NCBI GenBank assembly: GCA_964564865.1
Contig: CAZMDA010000014.1
Location: 113-64,112, forward strand
Origin: an uncultured Bordetella sp.
GTDB taxonomy: Bacteria > Pseudomonadota > Gammaproteobacteria > Burkholderiales > SG8-39
Direction of reading: 5' to 3'
Length of the DNA stretch: 64,000 nucleotides
Below are positions 9,501-19,018 of the stretch, piece after piece. The translations under genes and the position numbers were made by a program. Each line of letters starts with the position of its first letter. The stretch's first letter is position 1. Under the pieces are notes generated by a model. It was given only the letters and a program-made list of their open reading frames with translations, searched no databases and was not told where the DNA came from.

Positions 9501-9776
9501 ACCTCCAGCGCCGGCGCCCTCGAGGCATTGCGCGCCGCCCCGGAATCCTTCGACGCCGTGATCACCGACGAGCGGATGCCCGGACTTTCCGGGACGGCAC
9601 TGATCGGCGCGGTGCGCGGCATCCGGCGCGACATCCCGATCCTTCTCGTGAGCGGCTACATCGGTGGCAGTATCGTCAACCGTGCCTACAACGCCGGCGC
9701 AGACGAAGTGCTGCGCAAGCCGCTGGCGGCGCGAGACCTGGCCGCCAGCCTCGCGAGGCTTCTGCAGTCGCCATAG
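6558..9776 (+). CDS. Cytoplasmic multi-PAS hybrid histidine kinase with VirA-like transmitter and receiver
   Basis: About five PAS/PAC repeats separated by [9 protein letters not shown]-type linkers; H box [23 protein letters not shown]; C-terminal receiver; no TM segment. Confidence 0.92.
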   Translation: [1072 protein letters not shown]

Positions 9777-9942
9777 ATCGGATTCGTTGGCCCTGGATCT
9801 GCGCTGATAGCGGCCTGCCGCCGCGACAACCGCAATACTCGCGTATGGCATGACATTCGCCGGCCCGCGTTGCGACACAAGCGCGCGGCGGGCAGGGTGG
9901 ACACTGGCCTCACCTGCAAATACCAGGCGAGGAGCCAAACCA

Positions 9943-10767
9943 GTGACCACGATTACCACCAAGGACGGCACGCAGATCTACTACAAGGACTGGGGCAAGG
10001 GACAGCCCGTGGTGTTCAGCCACGGCTGGCCGCTGTCCTCGGATGCGTGGGAAGCGCAGATGTTCCATCTCGCTTCGAATGGCTTTCGCTGCATCGCGCA
10101 CGATCGCCGCGGGCACGGGCGCTCCAGCCAGCCTTGGGAAGGCAACCATATGGACCAGTACGCCGACGACCTGGCGGAACTGTTCGAGGTGCTCAACCTG
10201 AAGAACGCGATCATGATTGGCCACTCCACCGGCGGCGGCGAAGTCGCGCGCTACATCGGCCGGCACGGCACCGAGCGTGTCGCCAAGGCGGTATTGATGG
10301 GGGCGGTGCCGCCCATCATGGTGAGGACGGCAGCCAACCCGGGTGGATTGCCGCTGGAGGTGTTCGACGGTTTTCGCAAGGCCTACCTCGCCGACCGCGC
10401 GCAGTTCTTCATCGACGTGGCGAGCGGGCCATTCTTCAGCTTCAACCGCCCGGGCGCGAAGATTTCGCAGGGCGTGATCAATGCCTGGGTGATGCAGGGC
10501 CTGATGTCCGGCCACAAGAACGGCTACGACTGCATCAAGGCGTTCTCCGAAACCGACTTCACCGGCGACCTGAGGAAATTCGATGTGCCCACGCTGATCG
10601 TGCACGGCGACGACGACCAGATCGTGCCGATCGGCGCCTCGGCGATGCTTTCCGCGAAGCTCGTCAAGGGATCGATCCTGAAGATCTACAAGGGGGGCTC
10701 GCACAGCCTGGGCGATACCAGCAAGGACCAGCTCAATGCCGATCTGCTGGCGTTCGCGAGGAGCTAG
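9943..10767 (+). CDS. cpo: Non-heme chloroperoxidase-type alpha/beta hydrolase
   Basis: GTG start after GGAG; [32 protein letters not shown] motifs. Confidence 0.9.
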   Translation: MTTITTKDGTQIYYKDWGKGQPVVFSHGWPLSSDAWEAQMFHLASNGFRCIAHDRRGHGRSSQPWEGNHMDQYADDLAELFEVLNLKNAIMIGHSTGGGEVARYIGRHGTERVAKAVLMGAVPPIMVRTAANPGGLPLEVFDGFRKAYLADRAQFFIDVASGPFFSFNRPGAKISQGVINAWVMQGLMSGHKNGYDCIKAFSETDFTGDLRKFDVPTLIVHGDDDQIVPIGASAMLSAKLVKGSILKIYKGGSHSLGDTSKDQLNADLLAFARS

Positions 10768-10769
10768 CC

Positions 10770-11675
10770 ATGGTCCGTGTCCTGCGGGGACTCCTCGCCA
10801 CGGCCGCCGCACTCTCGGTGACCGGCGCGTCGGCGGCGTCGCCCGCGGCTGCGGCGTCGACACGGTACGTGGAGGTCCAGGGGCGGCCGGTCGCCTATCG
10901 GGTGATCGGCAAAGGCAGGCCGCTCCTCATGGCGACCCGCATGCGCGGGACGCTCGACACCTGGGACCCGCTGTTCCTGGACGAGCTTGCGAAGACGCAT
11001 CGTGTCATCACCTTCGACTACCCGGGCGCGGGTTACTCGGCGGGCGTGCTGCCCGGAGACATGCGCGAGATTGCGGCCTTGGTCAAGGATCTCGCGGCGG
11101 CGCTCGGCCTTAAGCGGACCGCGATCCTCGGCTGGTCGTGGGGCGGGCTCGTGGCGCAGGTGACGCTGCTCGACTACCCGTCGCTCGTGACCCACGCCGT
11201 CATCGTCGGGAGCGCACCGCCCGGGAAGGGCAATGCGACGATCCAGCCGCACTGGCTGGAGCGGGCGTTCAAGCCTGTCAACGACCTCGCCGACGAAGAG
11301 GTCTTGTTCTTCGAGCCGAAGTCCGACGCCAGCCGCGACGCGGCACGGAAGTCCCATGCACGCATCTACGCCCGGCCAGGCGTGGCGGAGCGGATCCCAT
11401 CGTCACTGCGGGACATCCAAGCCTACCTGAAGGTGGCGGAGGGTGTGCGCGAGGATACGCCCGGGCGACGCGAAGCGCTGACGACAACGCGGATCCCGAT
11501 CCTGATCCTGTGCGGTGACAACGACCCGAGCGTGCCGGCCGGAAACTGGTATCCGCTCGTCGGCCGCATCCCGCGCGGCCAACTCATCGTCCTGCCCGAA
11601 TCGGGCCACGGGCCCCAGCACCAGTATCCGGAACTGGCTGCGAGATACATCGCCGCCTTCCTGGAGTCGAAGTGA
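10770..11675 (+). CDS. Exported alpha/beta hydrolase
   Basis: Signal peptide; GWSWGG nucleophile elbow; GDND acid; SGHG His. Confidence 0.8.
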   Translation: MVRVLRGLLATAAALSVTGASAASPAAAASTRYVEVQGRPVAYRVIGKGRPLLMATRMRGTLDTWDPLFLDELAKTHRVITFDYPGAGYSAGVLPGDMREIAALVKDLAAALGLKRTAILGWSWGGLVAQVTLLDYPSLVTHAVIVGSAPPGKGNATIQPHWLERAFKPVNDLADEEVLFFEPKSDASRDAARKSHARIYARPGVAERIPSSLRDIQAYLKVAEGVREDTPGRREALTTTRIPILILCGDNDPSVPAGNWYPLVGRIPRGQLIVLPESGHGPQHQYPELAARYIAAFLESK

Positions 11676-11718
11676 AAACCGCCGTTTCCGATCGATCGCC
11701 TGTCAAGGGAGTACCGCA

Positions 11719-12573
11719 ATGACAACAGCATTGGCCAATGCCGCAAGGGAAGAGCGCATCGAAGGGGCGCGCGGACTTGGGATCTTCGTCCGCTCGTGGC
11801 AGCCGGAAGAAAAGCCCCGCGCGATCGTCGCCATCTGCCACGGCGTCAATTCCCACAGCGGGTACTACACCTGGGTGGCCGAGCAGTTCGTGGCGGCCGG
11901 CCTCGCTGTGTATGCGCTGGACCTGCACGGTCGCGGCAAGTCGGACGGCGAGCGCTACTACCTTGAGAAGTTCGACGACTACCTCAGCGACGTCGATGCC
12001 CTCGTCAGGCTCGCGAAATCGCGCGAACCGGGCCTGCCCCTGTTCCTGCTGGGGCACAGTGCCGGCGGCGTCATTTCCTCCGTCTACGCGCTGGAGCACC
12101 AGTCCGAGCTCGCCGGGTTGATCTGCGAGAGCTTTGCGTTCCAGGTGTACGCGCCGGACTTCGCGCTCGCGGTACTGAAGGGACTAAGCCATGTCCTGCC
12201 GCATGCCCATGTGCTCAAGCTGCCGATCGCGGACTTCTCCCGCGATCCGGCGGTCGTGGAGGCCATGAACAACGACCCGCTCATCGCCAATGAAGTCCAG
12301 CCTACGCGCACTGTGGCCGAACTGGTGCTGGCCGACGAGCGGCTGAAGCGGGAGTTCCCGCTCTTCAGGTTGCCGGTGCTGATCCTCCACGGCACGGCGG
12401 ACAAGGTGACAAAGCCCGGCGGGAGCCAGCTCTTCTACGACAACGCCGGCTCCGCCGACAAGACGCTCAAGCTCTACGAAGGGCATGTCCACGACCTATT
12501 AAACGACTTCGGCAAGGAGAAGGTCATGGCGGACGTCACGGCCTGGATTAAGGCGCACCTGCCGGCACGGTGA
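11719..12573 (+). CDS. Lysophospholipase/monoacylglycerol lipase-like hydrolase
   Basis: HGVNSHSGYY, DLHGRGKSDG, GHSAGG, HGTADK, HDLLND. Confidence 0.85.
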   Translation: MTTALANAAREERIEGARGLGIFVRSWQPEEKPRAIVAICHGVNSHSGYYTWVAEQFVAAGLAVYALDLHGRGKSDGERYYLEKFDDYLSDVDALVRLAKSREPGLPLFLLGHSAGGVISSVYALEHQSELAGLICESFAFQVYAPDFALAVLKGLSHVLPHAHVLKLPIADFSRDPAVVEAMNNDPLIANEVQPTRTVAELVLADERLKREFPLFRLPVLILHGTADKVTKPGGSQLFYDNAGSADKTLKLYEGHVHDLLNDFGKEKVMADVTAWIKAHLPAR

Positions 12574-12681
12574 TGGCGACCAGTTGCTTCGCAACGGCTG
12601 ACATGCAGCCGGGCCGGCCTGACACAACGCCGCGCTGGTTCACCGCCAGACTGTCCCCATAACTCACTAGAAGGAATGATC

Positions 12682-13428
12682 ATGTCGAAGCTCCTGAAGA
12701 AATCTCTCCGGCTGCTCTGCGCGACCCTGGCGGCCTGGAGTCTTGTGTCTGCACCGGGCGCGCTCGCGCAGTCCAGCGTCCTGCCCACGGGCGGCGGCAA
12801 GGCGCTGCTGGATGTGAATGACACGGTACTCCTGCTGCTGGACCACCAGTCGGGCCTGTTCCAGACCGTGAAGGACGTGCCGGTGGCGGACCTGCGGCGC
12901 AACGTGGAGATGCTGTCGCGGCTGGCCACGCTGCTGAAGATCCCGGTGATCACCACGGCGTCCGAGCCGGACGGCTCGAACGGGCCGCTAATGCCGGAGA
13001 TCCACCAGCTCGCGCCGCACGCGGTCTACGTGCCGCGCAAGGGAGAGGTCAACGCCTGGGACAACGAGGACTTCGTTCGCACCGTGCGCGCCACCGGCCG
13101 CAAGACGCTGGTCATGGCCGGCGTGTGGACCAGCGTGTGCGTCATGTTCCCAGCACTGGATGCCAAGGCCCAGGGGTACAAGGTCTATGCCGTCATGGAT
13201 GCCTCCGGGGATCCGAGCGAGCTCGCTTCGATCACCTCGCTGGCGCGCTTCGCGCAGGGGGGGGTGATCCCGACCTCGACCAATGCCGTGCTGTCGGAGA
13301 CGCACCGCACCTGGAACCGCCCCGAGGCCGCCGAGCTGGCCAAGCTGTATGCGCTGGTCGCGCCCAACTACCAGGCGGTGGCGGAAAGCTACCAGCGCGC
13401 TCAGGAAGCGGCCCGCAAGGCGAAGTAG
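12682..13428 (+). CDS. ycaC: YcaC-like isochorismatase-family cysteine hydrolase with N-terminal signal peptide
   Basis: LLLDHQSGL, RKGEVNAWDN, GVWTSVC motifs; SD AGAAGGA. Confidence 0.8.
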   Translation: MSKLLKKSLRLLCATLAAWSLVSAPGALAQSSVLPTGGGKALLDVNDTVLLLLDHQSGLFQTVKDVPVADLRRNVEMLSRLATLLKIPVITTASEPDGSNGPLMPEIHQLAPHAVYVPRKGEVNAWDNEDFVRTVRATGRKTLVMAGVWTSVCVMFPALDAKAQGYKVYAVMDASGDPSELASITSLARFAQGGVIPTSTNAVLSETHRTWNRPEAAELAKLYALVAPNYQAVAESYQRAQEAARKAK

Positions 13429-13467
13429 CCGGCGAACCGGCTCTCCGACACCAACCCTGGAAGGATC

Positions 13468-14001
13468 ATGATGAGCATCGATACCGCGAAGGCGATGCGC
13501 AAGGCGCCGCTTGGCACTCCGACCGGCCTGGGCGCCGACGCCAGGCGCGACATCGCCGGCGCCCTCAACCTGCTGCTGGCCGATTTCTACGCGCTCTATT
13601 TCAAGACGAAGAACTTCCACTGGCATGTGTCGGGGCCGCACTTCCGCGACTACCACGAGCTGCTGGACGAGCAGGCGGCGCAGCTCTACGCCGCCACCGA
13701 CTCGCTGGCCGAGCGGGTGCGCAAGGTGGGCGGCACGACGCTGCGCTCGGTGGGCCACATCGCCCGGTTGCAGCGGGTGCTGGACAACGACGCCGACTAT
13801 GTATCGCCGCTGGACATGCTGGCGGAGCTGAAGGACGACAACCTCGGAATGGCGTCGCACTTGCGGGCCGCGCACGGCGTGTGCGACGAACACCGCGACA
13901 TCGCCACCGCGAGCCTGCTGGAAGTCTGGATCGACGAGGCGGAGAAGCGCACCTGGTTCCTGTTCGAGGCAAGCAGGAAGGGCGACGCCCCCGGCCGGTG
14001 A
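13468..14001 (+). CDS. dps: Dps/ferritin-like DNA protection protein
   Basis: YFKTKNFHWHVSGPHFRDYHELLDEQ, AERVRKVGG, IDEAEKRTWFL. Confidence 0.93.
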   Translation: MMSIDTAKAMRKAPLGTPTGLGADARRDIAGALNLLLADFYALYFKTKNFHWHVSGPHFRDYHELLDEQAAQLYAATDSLAERVRKVGGTTLRSVGHIARLQRVLDNDADYVSPLDMLAELKDDNLGMASHLRAAHGVCDEHRDIATASLLEVWIDEAEKRTWFLFEASRKGDAPGR

Positions 14002-14036
14002 CGGCCGTTCGATCCGACGCGGCGCGGGTCTGTGCG

Positions 14037-14074
14037 GATACACGCGGGATACCTTCACGACATCCGCCGGCAAC
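14037..14074 (+). promoter_or_regulatory. Four phased pentamers (GATAC, GATAC, GACAT, GCAAC) at exact 11-bp spacing; candidate OmpR-family binding array
   Basis: Starts at 14037, 14048, 14059, 14070, upstream of the methyltransferase. Confidence 0.45.
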
Positions 14075-14120
14075 CGCGTCCGTTCAAAGTGGCGCCTCCA
14101 TTCAACGAGGGAGTAACGCC

Positions 14121-14960
14121 ATGTCCGCAGTCCTTTCCGCAACCCAATCCGCCGCCGCACCCGATTTCGCCGCGATCAAGACCCGCCAGCAGGCCGCCTG
14201 GTCCACCGGCAACTACGCCGTGGTCGGCACCACGCTGCAGATCGTGGGCGAGGACCTGTGCGAGGCGCTCGACCTGCGCTCGGGCAGCAAGGTGCTCGAT
14301 GTGGCCGCCGGCAACGGCAACGCCACGCTGGCCGCCGCGCGGCGCTGGTGCGACGTCACCTCCACCGACTACGTCGGCTCGCTGCTCGAGGCCGGCAAGG
14401 CGCGCGCGCAGGCCGAAGGCCTCGAGGTGAAGTTCCAGCAGGCCGACGCCGAGAACCTGCCCTTTGCCGACGCCAGCTTCGACGCCGTGCTGTCCACCTT
14501 CGGGGTCATGTTCACGCCGGACCAGGAGAAGGCCGCGGCGGAACTCGCGCGCGTGTGCAAGCCCGGCGGCAGGATCGGCCTCGCCAACTGGACCCCGGAG
14601 AGCTTCATCGGGCAGCTGTTCAAGACCATCGGCAAGTACGTGCCGCCGGCCCCGGGCGTGCAATCGCCCGCGCTGTGGGGCACGCAGGCGCGGCTGGAGA
14701 CGCTGTTCGGCCAGGCGGCGCGGGAGATCCGCGTCGTCAGCCGCCAGTTCAATTTCCGCTACCGCTCGGCGGCGCACTGGCTGGAGGTGTTCCGCACCTT
14801 CTACGGTCCGGTGAACAAGGCCTTCGGCGCGCTGGACGCGGACAAGCAGGCCGCCTTCGCGCGCGACGTGATGGCGCTCATCGACAGCCGCAACCGCTCC
14901 GGCGACGCCACGCTGGTGCTGCCCAGCGAGTACGTCGAGGTGGTGATCGTGAGAAGCTGA
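14121..14960 (+). CDS. Class I SAM-dependent methyltransferase
   Basis: VLDVAAGNGN, ADAENLPFADASFDAV, CKPGGRIG; SD GAGGGAG. Confidence 0.9.
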   Translation: MSAVLSATQSAAAPDFAAIKTRQQAAWSTGNYAVVGTTLQIVGEDLCEALDLRSGSKVLDVAAGNGNATLAAARRWCDVTSTDYVGSLLEAGKARAQAEGLEVKFQQADAENLPFADASFDAVLSTFGVMFTPDQEKAAAELARVCKPGGRIGLANWTPESFIGQLFKTIGKYVPPAPGVQSPALWGTQARLETLFGQAAREIRVVSRQFNFRYRSAAHWLEVFRTFYGPVNKAFGALDADKQAAFARDVMALIDSRNRSGDATLVLPSEYVEVVIVRS

Positions 14961-14966
14961 ACGCCC

Positions 14967-15761
14967 ATGCCCCAGCCTGAGCCGTATTTCCGGGAAGCGG
15001 GCGCCGGTCCCGGCGTCGTCTGCCTGCATTCCAATGCGAGCAGCTCCAGCCAGTGGCGCGGGCTCATGGAGTCGCTCGCGCCGGCGTTCCATGTGCTGGC
15101 ACCCGATTCCTACGGCTCGGGCAAGAGCCCGGACTGGCCCTCGGACCGCGTCATCACGCTGCGGGACGAAGCGGCGCTCGTCGAGCCGGTGCTCGCGCGG
15201 GCAGGCGCGCCGTTCGCGCTGGTGGGGCATTCCTACGGCGCGGCGATCGCGCTCTCCGCGGCGCTGGCGAATCCGGGCCGCGTGCGGGCGCTGGCGCTCT
15301 ACGAGCCGACGCTGTTCTCGCTGCTGGCGCAGGAGCAGCCGCCGTCGAACGACGGCGAGGGCATCCTCGGCGCGGTGGCCCGCGCGAGCGCGGCGCTGGA
15401 CGCCGGCGACCGCGACGCCGCCGCGCGGCATTTCATCGACTACTGGATGGGCGAGGGCGCCTGGGCGCAGACCCCCGAATCACGCAAGCCGGCGATCGCC
15501 GCCTCGGTGGTGAACGTGCGGCGCTGGGCGCATGCGCTGACCACCGAGCCCGCGCCGCTGGCGGCGTTCCGCAAGCTCGACATCCCGGTGCTCTACCTGA
15601 TCGGCAAGCGCTCGACCGCGTCGGCGCACGGCGTGGCGCGGGTGCTGACGCAGGCCCTGCCGCGCGTGGAGGTGGTCGAATTCGAGAAGCTGGGCCACAT
15701 GGGGCCGGTGACCCATCCGGAGCCGGTGAACGAGGCGATCCGGGCGTTCCTCGGGCGCTGA
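14967..15761 (+). CDS. Alpha/beta hydrolase
   Basis: LHSNASS, GHSYGAA, GHMGPVTHP. Confidence 0.85.
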   Translation: MPQPEPYFREAGAGPGVVCLHSNASSSSQWRGLMESLAPAFHVLAPDSYGSGKSPDWPSDRVITLRDEAALVEPVLARAGAPFALVGHSYGAAIALSAALANPGRVRALALYEPTLFSLLAQEQPPSNDGEGILGAVARASAALDAGDRDAAARHFIDYWMGEGAWAQTPESRKPAIAASVVNVRRWAHALTTEPAPLAAFRKLDIPVLYLIGKRSTASAHGVARVLTQALPRVEVVEFEKLGHMGPVTHPEPVNEAIRAFLGR

Positions 15762-15802
15762 CGGGCTTCCCATGTAACCGATCGGTTACATTACGGGCTT
15801 CC
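15761..15802. repeat. Perfect 20-bp palindrome ATGTAACCGATCGGTTACAT (type B, 15772-15791) flanked by exact 10-bp direct repeat ACGGGCTTCC (15761-15770 and 15793-15802)
   Basis: Read directly from the sequence. Confidence 0.9.
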
Positions 15803-15843
15803 GGCGATGCCCTGTTGCAGCTTGACCGAGAAAGGAGAAGCCA

Positions 15844-16170
15844 ATGAAATCGAGACTTGCCGCCCTGTTGTTCCTCGCCTGCGCAGGCTGCGCCGGCGTC
15901 GGCCCGGCCCAGGCGCCCGGGTTCACGCCGGAAGTCCGCGCGCGGATCGTCGCCAACCAGACCACCGCGGACGAAGTGCGCCGGATCCTCGGCGAGCCGT
16001 CGCAGGTCCTCTGGTTGCGCGCCCAGCAGCGCCACGCCTGGGGCTATCGCTACCGGGGCGATTACGAAGCGCGGGAGTTCTGGGTCGAGCTCTCGGCGGA
16101 CGGCAGGGTGCACGCGACCAGCGACGGGCCGGACTTCGCGGCCGGGCGCTACCGGTTCGGCGGGCAATAG
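15844..16170 (+). CDS. Small lipoprotein, SmpA/BamE-like fold
   Basis: SD AAGGAG; lipobox-like LACAGC; TTADEVRRILGEP...WGYRY. Confidence 0.7.
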   Translation: MKSRLAALLFLACAGCAGVGPAQAPGFTPEVRARIVANQTTADEVRRILGEPSQVLWLRAQQRHAWGYRYRGDYEAREFWVELSADGRVHATSDGPDFAAGRYRFGGQ

Positions 16171-16183
16171 CCGCCGCGCCCCG

Positions 16184-17284
16184 CTAGGCGAGGTGCGCCA
16201 GCAGCGCCCGCGTGACCGCCTCGGGCTGCTCCTGCTGCACCCAATGCCCGGCGCCCTCGACCAGGACGGGCGGGGCCATCCGCGCGCAGGCGACGCGCTG
16301 CATCTTCTCGAAGTCCCCGGGCCGCTGGTAGATGCCCCAGTCGCTGCGGCCGGCGATGAAGCTGGCCGGAACGTCGATGGCACGGCCGGCGTAGAGCTGG
16401 TGGTCGGCAACGAAGCGCCCGCCGAGGCGGCAGCGGTACCAGTTGAGGCCGCCCTGGAAGCCGGTGCGCTCGTACTCCGAGCTGTAGACGCGCAGCTCGT
16501 CCTCGGTGAGCCAGGCGCAGGCGGCGATCTGGGCGGCCGAGGGCATTTCCGAGGCCACGGTCTCGGCCATGCCCTTGTCGCGCTCCATGATGTAGTAGGT
16601 GGGCATCTTCGCGATCTCCTCCGGCGCCCAGGAGGCGAGCGGCACGGGCCGGTTGGCAACCCAGTCGGCGCTCTTGTGGTGGTAGTAGGCGCGCAGGAAG
16701 GCGTGCACGCCCTGCGGGCAGCGATGCATGTCCGCGTCGGCCTCGCGCGTGCCGTAGTACCACTGGTAGTGCTTGCGCGGCGGGTCGAGCGCGCCGAGCT
16801 GCTCGTTGAGGCGCTCGGTCGAGGGCACGCCGGCGTCGGGCGCGAGGGCAGGCGGGCCGGCGAACGGCGCGCTCATCAGGACCAGCGACCGGAACACGTC
16901 CGGCCGCACCAGCGCGCTCCAGGCCGCCACCATGGCGCCGAAATCGTGGCCGACGACCGCCGCCACGGACTTCAGGCCCAGCGCGTGGACCAATCCCAAG
17001 CTGTCGCGCGCAAGATTGAGCGCCCGGCACGCGCCCCAGTCGCCGTCGTAGCCCGCGTCCCATCCCGTGGTGTGGCCGTAGCCGCGCTGGTCGGGGGCGA
17101 TGACGTGGTAGCCCGCGTTCGCCAGCGCGGGCATCACCTTGCGCCAGCTGTAGGCGAGTTCGGGAAAGCCGTGCAGCAGAAGGACGGCGGGGCGTCCCGC
17201 CTCGCCCGCCTCGAGGACGTGCATCGCCAGGCCGTTGACGCCCGGCACCAGCCGCGAGCGGATTCCCGCGGGCAGGGCGTACAA
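16184..17284 (-). CDS. Epoxide hydrolase-like alpha/beta hydrolase
   Basis: LLHGFPELAYSWR, APDQRGYG, GHDFGA, AGHWVQQEQP; TTG start. Confidence 0.85.
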   Translation of the reverse strand: MYALPAGIRSRLVPGVNGLAMHVLEAGEAGRPAVLLLHGFPELAYSWRKVMPALANAGYHVIAPDQRGYGHTTGWDAGYDGDWGACRALNLARDSLGLVHALGLKSVAAVVGHDFGAMVAAWSALVRPDVFRSLVLMSAPFAGPPALAPDAGVPSTERLNEQLGALDPPRKHYQWYYGTREADADMHRCPQGVHAFLRAYYHHKSADWVANRPVPLASWAPEEIAKMPTYYIMERDKGMAETVASEMPSAAQIAACAWLTEDELRVYSSEYERTGFQGGLNWYRCRLGGRFVADHQLYAGRAIDVPASFIAGRSDWGIYQRPGDFEKMQRVACARMAPPVLVEGAGHWVQQEQPEAVTRALLAHLA

Positions 17285-17285
17285 C

Positions 17286-19016
<1,731 letters not shown>

Positions 19017-19018
19017 GG

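Noticed and set aside
13125-14120. Long N-terminal extensions in the ORF track (13125.., 17286..20078, 25890.., 45083.., 9870.., 59697..)
   Set aside because: Real starts with SD or coupling lie downstream; the extensions overlap other genes in a different frame
5193-15791. Palindromes as XerCD dif/pdif, integron attC or CRISPR repeats
   Set aside because: No 11-6-11 dif arms, no RYYYAAC..GTTRRRY cassette structure, no regularly spaced array or cas genes
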